Part shown: positions 49,000 to 61,001 of the stretch, one piece after another
Numbering within the stretch: position 1 is the stretch's first letter
How the letters are laid out: each line of letters begins with the position of its first letter
Made by a program: the position numbers and the translations under genes
Notes under the pieces: model-generated
Seen by the model: only the letters and a program-made list of their open reading frames with translations
The model's database searches: none
What the model was told of the DNA's origin: nothing
NCBI RefSeq assembly: GCF_964194025.1
Contig: NC_134480.1
Location: 18,352,001-18,416,000, forward strand
DNA length: 64,000 nt
Source of the DNA: Convolutriloba macropyga
Lineage: Eukaryota
Direction of reading: 5' to 3'

Positions 49000-51385
49000 T
49001 CTTGCCTTTTCCCGTTCAATTGCACTAATGTATCGAACACATAACGGCAACTTGGAGATAAAAAATTAATTAGAGAACTGATGATACCTGCCATTAACAA
49101 CATAAACGACAACATAAACAACAAAATAAAAACAGCCGGCATTACTTACGAACAAAAATGACTAACTATTTTTTTCTTAAAAAACTTAATGAAAAAGTCA
49201 AAATAGCATCAGGTAAAACAAATATATTAAACCAAGTGATTTGCACTTTGTCAGAAAACATAAGGGATCTGTTGTTTTTTATAATAAATATCAATTAGAC
49301 AGAAAACAAAAAGGGCAAAGTTAGAAAATGCGTTTACACTTTTTGAAAGCAATTAATTTTAAAGTCATGAAAGCAATTATCTCTCAACCGAAATCATTCA
49401 ATGGAGCAATTATAGCCTTAATACAAAACCATGGATACCTGTCCTTATGCCGAATGTCATACGAGTACAAAATGAACAACTACACGCAAAAACCAAAAAT
49501 TCATTTCATTTTTTCGAGGTAACGTTGTGGAAGCCTATAAGATCAAAATCTTTTCACCAATCGTATTGAAAATAATCGATTGCACCTTATTCCAACGCAA
49601 TTAATGTGATATGCGACTTGTCATTTAATGTGCCACGAATATGATGAGCGGCCAAGATAGCAAAAGAGAACCTCAATAATTTGAAACTGTCAAAAAAAAT
49701 AAAATTTTTGAAAACTCTTGGCATCAACGCCAAAAAAGTTATTTAAATAATAAAACAGCAATAAAGACTGCAATATAATTCAGTTGATAGTGAAGACGAC
49801 CTCTCTCTTTGCTGGGACTACGCTAAAAAGTTGAATGAAGAAGTTTTAAAAAGGCAAATCTCAAAAAAGAAATTTTAAAATAATTTTAAAAGCGTAAGAC
49901 TTAAACGAAAGCTTTCAAAAAGGTCAAAAGTTTAACTTTTTAGTGCTCAAAAAGCCTTTGTTGATGTCATCAGTGGGACTAATTCAAAAGACTACGCCTC
50001 AACATTGAATACAGTCAGAACTCAAAATTTAACGAACGATTTCATGCAATTGGAGTTGAATCCAAAAACTGCTTTTCGATTAACCTATTATGAATCTTCA
50101 TTGGACTCCCTTTTCATTAATTGTCAAGTCGCAATAATTATTGCTTGATGAAAATCATAAAAAGCAGATTTTATGAGACATGAAAAACGGGCAAAGCTTT
50201 TTCAAAAAAAAATATACAACGCCCCATTACAATCCGAATAAATTTGAACTTCATTTACACAACTAGACCAACACTAGCCGTACTCTTGGTGCTTTGCCAC
50301 TTAAAATGTTCCAAATGTTACCGAATTGACTAATTTGACTAAAAAGAAATATAACAAAAATAAAATGAGTTTTGGATACTTATGGAGTTATGTTACCAAA
50401 AAAGCAAGTATCAAGTGAAGGCATTAGAAAGTTTTTTACTAGCTTACGAGAAAACGAGTTAGACATTTGATTAATTCGACTCATTCTTACGATTACAAAA
50501 AGATAATCAAATGCTGGTAAATCTGAAAAATTCATTAAAAATTTAAACATTTTGTCGGAGCTATAAAAACCATGAGTTACACTCATAAAACTCAATATTG
50601 GTTCATTAGACCTTATTGGAACATAAAAAGACCACTTTTTAATTGATTTCTCAAGTGAAAAAAAACTGTTTTGTGATTGGGATGAAAATGCAAAAAAAAA
50701 TGTTTTAAAAAGACAGACCCAAAATGAAATCCGAATCTTTTTTCTTTGTAAAAATCAACGATGAGACCGTAAACTAGCCTTGCTATCGCTGCGTGGCTGT
50801 TAAAAAACGCACTTTTTCTTTTAGATTGCGTAATAGTTCATTTGGCGAACGAAAACTTCATTTATCAAAAATAAACTATGCGTTTTTAAATTAAATTTAG
50901 GTTAAAATTAGCGAAAGACCGCGAAGTTGTCACCAGAATAGTGTCTTAGGAACCCGAGGTACAATTAATCCATATCTGAGTGAAAGAAGATTGTGTCAGC
51001 AGTTTTATGTCAGCATCACCGATCAAAGTGGGCCAAATAGGCTTATTTTATGCCAATTTTATGGGAAAAGGAATGCTGCTTTTTCAATATTTTAGCTGAA
51101 AATTTTAAACGTAAAATGAATGAGACCATCGTTAACAATTTTATCTGATTTTGATCAAAATTTAAGCAAAAGTTAACAATCTCCGCAAACGTTGAACCTC
51201 CGCGATTCCCCGCCAAAACCGACATTCAAAAAAAAATTGTTATTTCAAATTCAGCGCTTGACAGGCTTTCTAATGATGCCACTCAGAATCCTGTACGATG
51301 AATATATCGATTGGCGGAAATTGACCGAACAAAAAAAAACTAGTTGGGTATATTGTTCTTCCCGCACTAAAGTGGGTCGGAACAA
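49000..51385 (-). mobile_element. HINE-like family 4 element, minus strand (left boundary uncertain)
   Basis: 51250-51385 is the reverse complement of the family 4 5' end (54209-54345, 59033-59160); base skew flips to A-rich over ~49.0-51.3 kb. Confidence 0.5.
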
Positions 51386-52338
51386 AAATTCTAACTTTCT
51401 AGAGATTTTCTTATCCGAAACAACTGGTATCATTTCAAAATTCTTTTTCCAAGTTTTTCAATTTTTTTATCATTTCGATTTGTTTTATCATTCTACAACT
51501 CAAAACTTTCGTTTCAAAAAACTAACTTTTTTGGCGAATAGTTTAGAGGAATTTAGGGGAATAGTTAAGCTCAAAACTTTCCGTATGTTTTCACTTTTCT
51601 CTATTTTCTTGACGTCAGACCTCTGAACTCGCATAGTTAATTTAAGATGCTTCAAATTTCACCATTTTTTCGTTTTTACAACTATCGAGCTTCATTGAAT
51701 AGAAAATTAATAGAGATTCATATAGAAATAGAGATAATAGAGATTAATATAGAAAATTAATACAGTGAATTCCTGATATTTTCTGATGCAGTGTTTGCTT
51801 TTCTTTGTGATCTAAGTAAAAAATTTTGTCTAGTACAGTTTTTGTCAAGCTAGACTTAAAGTAACTTTGACAAAAACTTTCATTTTTTTCTCTATTACAT
51901 ATATGGTTCGCTGTCAGAGATATTGAATTTTTCAGTCGGCATGCATGTAGCAGGTTTTTGAAATGATTTATGTGGTTTCGTTTCGAAAGTTTTGTCAGCT
52001 CCAGTTGTCTGGAAAGAAGAATGCAGCGATTGTTCTGACTCATGGAGGTCATTTTTTAATTCTGAATTTGCATAAATGAGAACGCACATTTTTGATAAAC
52101 ATTTTTTTCTTAACTTTAATTTGTTATAACATTATTTTGTGCGAACGAACATTACCGAGCCTCCTTATTTATAATTACCCTCCTCGTACGTATAGAGAAG
52201 CGACACATTTTTTCTCTACTTTCCTTGAAACGTGAGGTCAAATCAGTAAAGGCTTTCTCGTTATTGGTTTGACAACAACACTATTGGTCTCTCAGTAACA
52301 AATCAATGCAAAAACGTGCTGTTCTTCAGTTGTGAGTT

Positions 52339-52590
52339 ATGAAAAGTGCCCGGGCTGCGCCCAGGAAACACATTGTGTCTGCCAGAATCAAACCACCAAG
52401 TGAGTCATCCTCCGAAGGTAACAGAGGGTTCAAGTATCACCTGTGGAAAGCAATCAAGAGGACTGTGTTGAATGTTCTACTGGTGGTGATCCTGTTTGTT
52501 GTGTTGTTCTTCACTGATGGCTTTTGGTTATGCGAATCTCCATTCCAAATCTCTCCAATCAATCTATCAGGCATCTCATTTTTAATCAAG
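52339..52590 (+). CDS. APMAP: APMAP/strictosidine synthase-like protein, exon 1 (cytoplasmic tail plus TM anchor); 3' boundary uncertain
   Basis: Basic N-terminus, TM VLNVLLVVILFVVLFF, then ESPFQISP (compare APMAP ESPIDP); donor probably non-canonical. Confidence 0.65.
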
Positions 52591-52920
52591 GAAAGTAATG
52601 GGATTGAGTTTCTTAGTTCTCTAATTGAAACCAAAAATCATTTGTAATCTTATGGGATGTAAACATGAATAAAAAGAATTGATTTTACTCCTTGTAAACT
52701 CAATAACCCTTCTAAGACGGAGTCTAAAGCTAATGATAGCCGCAATTAGTCAGCATGCTGTTTTTAATTTACTAGTGATCTCACATTAGGGCATTCTTAA
52801 AATAGTGCTGGAAAAATGGCCCATTTTAGGCTTTACATTACTTTAAGCTGATTAGCTCGAGATTTTTGATTGTGAACCACCAATAATGGATCTTTGTTCT
52901 CTCATTTTTTTAAAATCAAG

Positions 52921-53214
52921 ATTTATAATGAGATGTATGATGTGAAAGATGTCGAGAAAACTACTACGTCATCAAAGTCAACGAAAAAAGACGAGTCCTC
53001 TCCTCCAACTTCTGCAGCGGGAGAGAACTTCGAGCTAATGTTTGTGGATCATTTGTTTGAGAATGTAGTGAGTGGGCCCGAGAGCTTTGCCTTCTACGGA
53101 GACTATCTGATTACTACCTGTGCAGATGGAAAAGTTCTCATGCTCAATCCGAATAACCAATCAGAGCCACCGACTGTTCTGTACAGTAGATGTGACACAC
53201 CTGTCTCTGAGAAG
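52921..53214 (+). CDS. APMAP: APMAP-like, exon 2
   Basis: HLFENVVSGPESFAFYGDYLITTCADGKV (GPES motif); donor AAG|GTTAGA 53215. Confidence 0.85.
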
Positions 53215-54208
53215 GTTAGAACAGTTGCAGTAATATCAAAATGTCAGCTGGGGAGAGAACCTATAGTGTAAACTCGTATTTTTGTCCAATCGATTTTTGA
53301 CAATTTCGACCCATCGATATTTTTACTTCATAGTTCTGGTCCAACACTTAATGTCTTCAGTATTGCGTAGTATAGTAACTACTTTACATAAAGCAAATTT
53401 GCAGAAAACTTCAGTTATTAAACGTTAACATTAGTAGGAAGCTGTGGGTGATATCATTAGAAATCCTTTCAAGCTTTGATTTTAAATGGCAATTTTAAGT
53501 AAATAGTTACAAAGTTCTTCCGCATGTACGAATTGATACGGGCAGAGTTAAAACGATGCGCCACACCAATCAAAGAGTCAGTAAATCTATTCGAATAAGC
53601 TAAACAATGAGTTCTCAAAACTATTTTTTTTGTCTTTCTGAGGAACACAGGAAACTCTCGTGAAAACGGTCGGACAGAGCTAAGTTGCTAACCCGAGAAT
53701 TATTGAAAGCTGTATTAATTAAGTGGGGGTAGAAAATAAATCCAATTTTAAATTTTAGGTTTAAAATATGTGAACTTAGGAATTTTGGGGACATTTTATG
53801 GAAATGTTCAGCCGTCAAGTAATTGCACAAAGGTACAACTCTTATTGATTTTACCCGGGATGAAGAGTTTGGAAACACAAACCCTACAAAAATTTAAATA
53901 GAACAGCGCACGTTGGCAATATGTCTCCACAAATGTTGAAGTTCACGATATAAATTTTACTCTAATCTAGAGTCATCAAGTACCGATGTAAAAATTGCCA
54001 ATTATTTTTTACTCGTCTGAGAGTACTCTTGTTGAAGGATGGCAAAGTCATTGAAGTATCTTGGAGCTCTATTGTTTTGTTATAGAACTCATTAACCTTT
54101 TATTTAGCTGGTCTAATCATATTTACATAGTTGTAAGGTTATGATTATACCAAAAGTTAGTTTACTAAACCAATCTTTCTGCACCTGTGATGAAGTTGCT
54201 TGCTTCAT

Positions 54209-57197
54209 TGTTCCAACCCCCACTTTAGTGGGGAGGGAGGAACTATATACTCAAATGGGTTTTTTGTTCAGTCAATTTTGGCCGATCGATATAATCATCG
54301 TAGAGAGTTGTGAGTGTTATCATTAGAAAGCCAGTCCAGCGTAGAAAAAGGAATTAAAAAGATTTTTTCATTTTTCGCTTTTTATAGGGAGTTATCGAGG
54401 TTTAAATTTTTGTGAATAATTGCTGTTTTTATTCACATTTTCAGTATTTTGACCAAATTTTTGTCATCAATTTTGCTTAAAAAATGTAAAATTTGTTAAC
54501 TGTACTGCTTTTTATTTCCTCTCTAAAGATAAAAGAGGGTTTCTGAGTTGTTCGATCCGAGTTTTTTTGGCTAGAATTTATGCTGAATTTTTCAAAAATC
54601 AGACTTTTCGAGAAAAATAGGACCACAATTGCTTTTTTGCCCACTTGCTTTAAATTTGCTGGAATTAAACACCTTAAAACTGCGGTCGAAATCTTCTTAA
54701 GCTCAGAAAGGAGCTAGTTGTAATCCCGCTGACTTTATGAGTCTTCTGGATTATAATTTTGCAAGCTTTTAGCAAATTTAAACTCGATAATTACAAAACA
54801 AGCATTATTTATTTTTCGACATACTGAAAATTTTGTGTAAAAATTCATCTATTTCGCAATCATTTGAACAATCGAATGTTTTGTTAGATGCGCAGCAATA
54901 TCTGGGCTGATCTTGCTCCCACCGTGGATCCTTACGATAATAAATTTCTTAGATTTAAATGGGGTGCGACTTTTTTTTCAAAGCATTTCAGCTATGTAAA
55001 TGTTTTTTTAAATTACTGACAAGAATCTCAAATCAAGGCTCAATTAATTACAGCTACTATTTGCAAAAAAGATGTCCAACGAAATTATAATATGGTTTAA
55101 GAGTTTTTTGTGGTTTTTGTGGCTTTGACCAATTGTTTTCCTTGAGTTTTGCTTTCATTTGTTATACTTTTTGTAGCCCAACGACTAAGTGTCTCCAATC
55201 AAAGATGCAGTAAAATTTTTAGGATGTATAGCTGAACCTAGACATTTCTTTCTGTTGTTATCTAATGTCTCTTATGACTTTGAATATATTTGATTTAAGA
55301 AAAAATCGGTGAGTTTTTGAACTTTGCCACTATTTTATCTTATTTCTCTCAAATTCGGGCGCAGCCTCAGTAAAAACAGGCAAAAACCAATTCCGTTTGA
55401 GTAATACTTTATTGTTGGGAATGGTCTTCTATTCAACTAATGTTTTCCTTGTTTTGATACTACTCGTTTTCAAATAATTTTTTTCATTTTCATTTTTGAG
55501 CTTTATTGCATTTTTTGTGTCCATTTCGTTTCTTTCTCGAATTATCACATTGTTGGCAAATATAATTGAAAGAAAGCCGATTAGGAACTTTGAACAGCGT
55601 TGGAAAATGCGTATCTGTATATATTAATTGTTTTTGTTGAATAGTTTATGCTTTTTGGGCTGAGACCAAGTTATCTCGCAAAATTTTGTGGATATTTTGT
55701 TGTTTGTTCCTGTTTTTCTTTTTGTTGCTGTCTGACACATACCTGATAACGATAGGTCTCAATTGCTTCCCCAGGGCGCATAATTCAACCTAGAAAAAGA
55801 TTTCAGTTTATAGCTGTTTTTAATGACTTTCAAATTAAATTTTTTAAAACAATTTTTTTTCAACTGTCTCTTGCTTTCAATTTGGTCACCACGTAACTCA
55901 ATCTCACTGATTATAAGTCTCAATTACGTTTGATGATTCATCCACTTTTATTGCGTTTTGTTATACGTTGTGACTGATTGCTTCGACCATTTATTTTCAA
56001 AAAAGTTTTTGAGATTTATATACTGTTCAGTTTTCGAGGTTTTTTTTGTTGTCGTGTCTACATTGTCCTTTTTCAGGGAAGGCTCGCTGATATTGGGACG
56101 AATAGAAAAAATGATTTACTGTTCTTGCGGGTAACGTCTTATAAAAATAGTGCCTTGAATAGTGTGATGTAAAATTGTTTGAAGTTGTGGCTTCTTTGTG
56201 TGTTTGTTGTCTTTGTTATTTTGTGGGGTCATGGCGTGGTCTCATTATTAATAGGCCCAATTGGATTCCTGAGGTGTTGCAACTTAATCCATCGCTTTTT
56301 TTTGAAGTCTTAAGCCTGTTATGACTTCTGGAAATATTTTTTTCCACAACAAATTTGGGTTATGAGCTTTGTCATTTTTTAAAAGTTTTTTGGTCAAAGT
56401 GTAGTTCAGTCTTGGTAAACACCCGTTTGCAGTGAGCTTTAATTTAAACCTTGTAACAGTTTTAGATGCAAACTTTCTTTCCTCGGCTTTTTTTACTACT
56501 TTTACTCCGAGACTTCATAAAAAGTTTGAGATTTTTTATATATTTGTACATTTTAGAGGATTTTTGTTTTCTTTTTGGTTCATAACAATAATCGTAAGTC
56601 CTTTTGGCAATTGCGCGATTGAAGATTGGATTTTGGTTTGTCTCAATTGCTTCCTACGGAGATATAAATGAAAATTTCAATGATTTCAGGTAATATCTAA
56701 TGACATTAATAACTGTGAAGTTAATTGTTTTGACATTAATAACTGTGAAGTTAATTGTTTTCAAAAATAGAAACTTTGAATGAAACGTATTTTATAACTT
56801 TGCACCTTTTTTGCTATTTTTTTCACTTTTTTGTCGACCTGTTAACCAGTCGCATTGAGAACTGGTCCCATTTTTTTTCTAATGAAGTATAGGTTAAACT
56901 GTTTTGTTTAGATTTTATCTGACGCGAGTTTAATTTTGTTATGATTTTTTTTATTGTAGATATCGAGTTTTGGTCGTAAATAATGTTTGGTTTTTGATTT
57001 TTTAATGGTCCTTTTTAGTAGTTCTATTATCGAAAACTCATCGGCGCGCTAGCGTGGCATTATTATATTCCATTGGTTGTTTATTGAACGATATCTATGT
57101 TTCTGATGTCTTCATCATTTGGTAGCCGATTAAGTTCAGAACGTGGATGAGCGGGGTCGGAACATTGTGCGTACGCACATTACCGAGCCTCCTTGTT
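54209..57197 (+). mobile_element. HINE-like element family 4, ~3.0 kb
   Basis: 5' TGTTCCAACCCC; subterminal inverted GGGGTCGGAACA at 57153, palindrome TGTGCGTACGCACA, end ACCGAGCCTCCTTGTTTT. Confidence 0.6.
56701..56760. repeat. Perfect 30-bp tandem duplication
   Basis: TGACATTAATAACTGTGAAGTTAATTGTTT twice. Confidence 0.9.
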
Positions 57198-59929
57198 TTA
57201 TTGTGCAATGAGAATGAAAATGTTAAAAAATCAGCGAAAGTTTTATTAAGCACCTAGTTGGTCTTTCTTTGCGGCGATTCTTGGTGTGGCTGAGACCAAA
57301 CCTGCAAGATCCAAAGACAAAATCATGCTGACTTTCATATCCTGCGACTCCTCCAAAGTAGTTCTTATTTTTTTAAATCACTTTAGTATTGACAATTTGA
57401 AAAATTGGGTACAATTGTCAGCCTCACATTGTTACAAGAATGCTACCTATTCAAATGTTTTAGAAATGTATGGTTTGGAAAATGTGTATGTTTACATTTT
57501 GGCATCTGTTTTTTTAAGTTCTTCAGAAACTTGAGATTTTCATTTGGTGTTGGTGACTTTTCAACTAACCATGTATCGTTGCTTGAGATCCTGCAAATTA
57601 CTTGCTATTTCAATTTTTTTATGTTGGCTAAAATGGTTATCTTTCAGTGTTTGCTACTGTTTTGTCGGTTTTCAGTCTTCAACAGTAACTTTCTTTAGAG
57701 TAGAAAACGAGTTCTCACAGTTTAAGTCCTCTCTGATCTAATTTTTTATATCTTAATTGTGTCAGAATTTTGTTTCCAATTTTTCTTGGTGTCCCTGATG
57801 TTTTGATTCCGAATACACAAATATTTCAAAATAGAAAATCTTTCTACAGGAGTAAGTTTTGATCAAACATTTGCAACGATTTTTAAAATTAATTTTAATA
57901 GAAATTACGCAGCAAAACAACGCACACGATATGGTCATCGGCTCGAAAATTTTGACCATTATTCACGACACGTTTTAAAATTATTAGATTTGTAAGTTTT
58001 TATAAACAACAGTGACAGCAAATAGTTCTATTCGCTTCATCACAGAACATTTGTAACTATTACATTATATCGAAAAAGTACATTTGGCCTTTTCTAAATC
58101 GTAGGCAAATTTAACAATACCTCGCCATATTTGTCCACGATTTTTGTCACTGCTTTCTACGGTCTTTTCTTCATTCAGTTAGCCTGCAGCTAAAGTTCTC
58201 GATTTTATTACCAATGATCGAGTACATAGTTCAGAAGCAAAATTTTGTTAATGACCATATTATGGGCACGTTCAAACCAGCTATTTGCCATTTTTAATCC
58301 GCGATTAATAAAATGAAGCACTTTTGTCTAACTAAAAATCGTTCGACGATAGCTCAAAAACACAAAATGTAGACCACTGTGAGGGATATTTCCAAATTTT
58401 CTCAAATTTGAACTCAATTCGCCTCACTCTCACTGTTTTCCACGCTCGCTTATTACTCTAGTCTTAAAGCATGGGCCGTAAAAAACCGACAAATTCGAGC
58501 AAGTTTGCTTGTTTTCGTGCAAGTTTTGCGTCGTAATGATCCGCAATGCCTATTTTAACAAGTTATTCCACAATCTGTTACTATTCTGTCAATTCTAATT
58601 GATGATCAATTGCGTAAAAACACCACTCAATACTACTTGCTGATAAGAAGACGCTGATTAGAAGACACAGCATATTTGCTATCCATATCAACGCGCTTAA
58701 GAAGATTTAATTTCCTAATTGAGTCTTTAACTAATTAGTTGTAAGTATTAAATTTTGTTTATTTTATGTGGAAGTTTATTACCTTCCTTGAGAAACTTGT
58801 TATCCGTGAAAACGAGTGACGAATTTTATGCAATGTTAGTCACTGTTGTCGACGGTTAACGTATCGATTTTTCCCGATGAGAAATAAAGTGAGAAAATGT
58901 GACCAGGTATTGTCATTGTTGTCCACAAAACCCCCTAACAAAGCCCCTTGGCAAAATTTAGGTGCCATCCTAATAGAAATCTCCACAAATGTAATATTAG
59001 AGTTTGTCAGTTTCCAGTTGACTCGAACTTGTTGTTCGGACCCCACTTGGGAAGAACTATATGCCCAACTGTTTTTTTTTTGTTCAGTCAATTTTGGTTG
59101 GTTGATATTTGTCGTAAAGAGTTGTGAATGGTATCACGATAAAGTCCGTTCAGCGTAGAATGTGAACTTTTTAGAAATTTTGTCTTTTTCAAACTGTTAT
59201 CGAGGTTTAAACTTTTTGTGAACATTTTACTTGTCACATTGATTTTGTTCACATTTTTGACTTTTAAAACCAAAAATTCTGTTAATTTTTGCACAATTAT
59301 GTTAACATCTTCAATATTTACCTGTTTTGAGCAGCCCTGAAGTATTATTGCGGCTAATTTTGTCCATCCTGGTTTAGAATATTAGAACAATTTCGGTTTT
59401 GGATCTAGATTTTCTGCTTTTTAGAGCCATTTTTTGTTTTTTGCGGCCTTTTGATTTCTGTTTTAGCTTTTCTCACGACTTTCTGGCGTTGAATACGATG
59501 CTTTTATTTTGATGCTGAGTACTTGCTATTATCTGAATTGGTATGCGGCAACTAATGCTTTTTTGACTTTAACAAGAAAGTTTTCGTATATATTTTTCTA
59601 ATTTTCTTGTTTTGTGTTTTATTGATAATTATTCTGAATTATATCAGGTCTCACTGGAGTTCTCAAGAAGCCTAATTGAAGTTAAATGAAGTTCACAGTT
59701 GATATTTTATGACATTGATATTTCTAAAACTATTTGTTTTTGTAGGAACTTAAATTATTGAAATGTTTTTTCTTCTGTAGTTTAGTGACATTGTGAGTAC
59801 TGAAATGTCTCATTGATTTCATTGTTGGAATAAAGGGAGCTCCTCAATGGTTAGAGGTAAATCCTTGTGGTTTTTTTAACTGGACACAAATTGTTTTAAA
59901 AAAGCTAAATTTGAGTTCTGCACCTTATT

Positions 59930-61001
59930 AATTGCTCTTTAACGTAGTTCATAGCAATTATTGTAAACGTGTGTGTCTTTTGTTACGACCCGAAGAGGAC
60001 TATTGAGGTTCTACAGGTTTTTTGGCAGAAAGCAAGTTTGTTCATGACTTGAATTTTGACTTGTTTCTGTTCGAGCATTTACCTCCGTTTTTGATTGTTG
60101 ACTTCTGTTTTCGAACATTGGACTTTAACAGTAGCTTTGTTTGTAATATATAGTAATTAGGAACTGCTAGTAATGTTCAAGGTGAAGAGGTCATTTTGAG
60201 ATTTTTTGTTCATATATAAGTCACCCTAATTATCTAAACTACCCCCTCATTTCACCTAGTTACCCTCACCTGCCCCCCCCCCAAAAAAAAAACTACCCCA
60301 GCTTTACCCACCTCCCCAACCTATCTACCCACCTACCTACCCCCCACCACCTACCTACCCACCCCCCTCCCGCCCCAACTTACCCCCCCCCCCCCACCTA
60401 CCCCTACCCCCAAACTACCCCTCCTATATATATATATATATATATATAAATAACCTATCTACCCACCCACCCCACCTAGCTCCCCCCCGCACCTAAAAAA
60501 TTGTCGGCGTTTTTAAAACACTTTAAAGTGGTTTGTTGGGCTACTTTTGTTTTTTTTTCTTGTCTATTTTGATGTTCTGATTTCGTATGGTTAGGTTAGA
60601 GATTATAATGCACGACGATTCGAGTCGTTTCCGGTATTCTACCGGCTATGTTTTTTATGCAAAATTTTTGCTTGACAATTTTGACTTTTCGAGTGACTTT
60701 TACGCCCTTGACTTTTTGCATTTCGCGTGGTCTAAAATTCCCTCTCAATCACAATTTTATGCTGCTGAACTCAATTGGCGGCAATTTAATACTAAAAGTC
60801 AAATGAAAAGTGCGCCGAAATAGTGGTATATGTTAACCTCTAATGTGGTTATTTGAAGCCCATTATAGAAATTCTTAGTCCCATTTAGGTTCCCCCTCCT
60901 CCGCCCCCCCCCCCCCCCCACCGACTGAAGCAGGCTGCAATTGATTAGAGCTCCCACTAGTCGTTCAAGAGCAATTCTTCCGACGTTTAGTCGGTTATGT
61001 T
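59930..61001 (+). mobile_element. HINE-like element family 1b split by a family 3 insertion
   Basis: 59930-59981 plus 60652-61001 reconstitute the 27432-27846 sequence. Confidence 0.8.
59983..60651 (+). mobile_element. HINE-like element family 3, ~670 bp, with C-rich and (TA)n simple repeats
   Basis: 5' TTACGACCCGAA; 3' TTCGAGTCGT plus CCGGTA-TTC-TACCGG hairpin and CTATG; inserted in a T-run. Confidence 0.7.
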
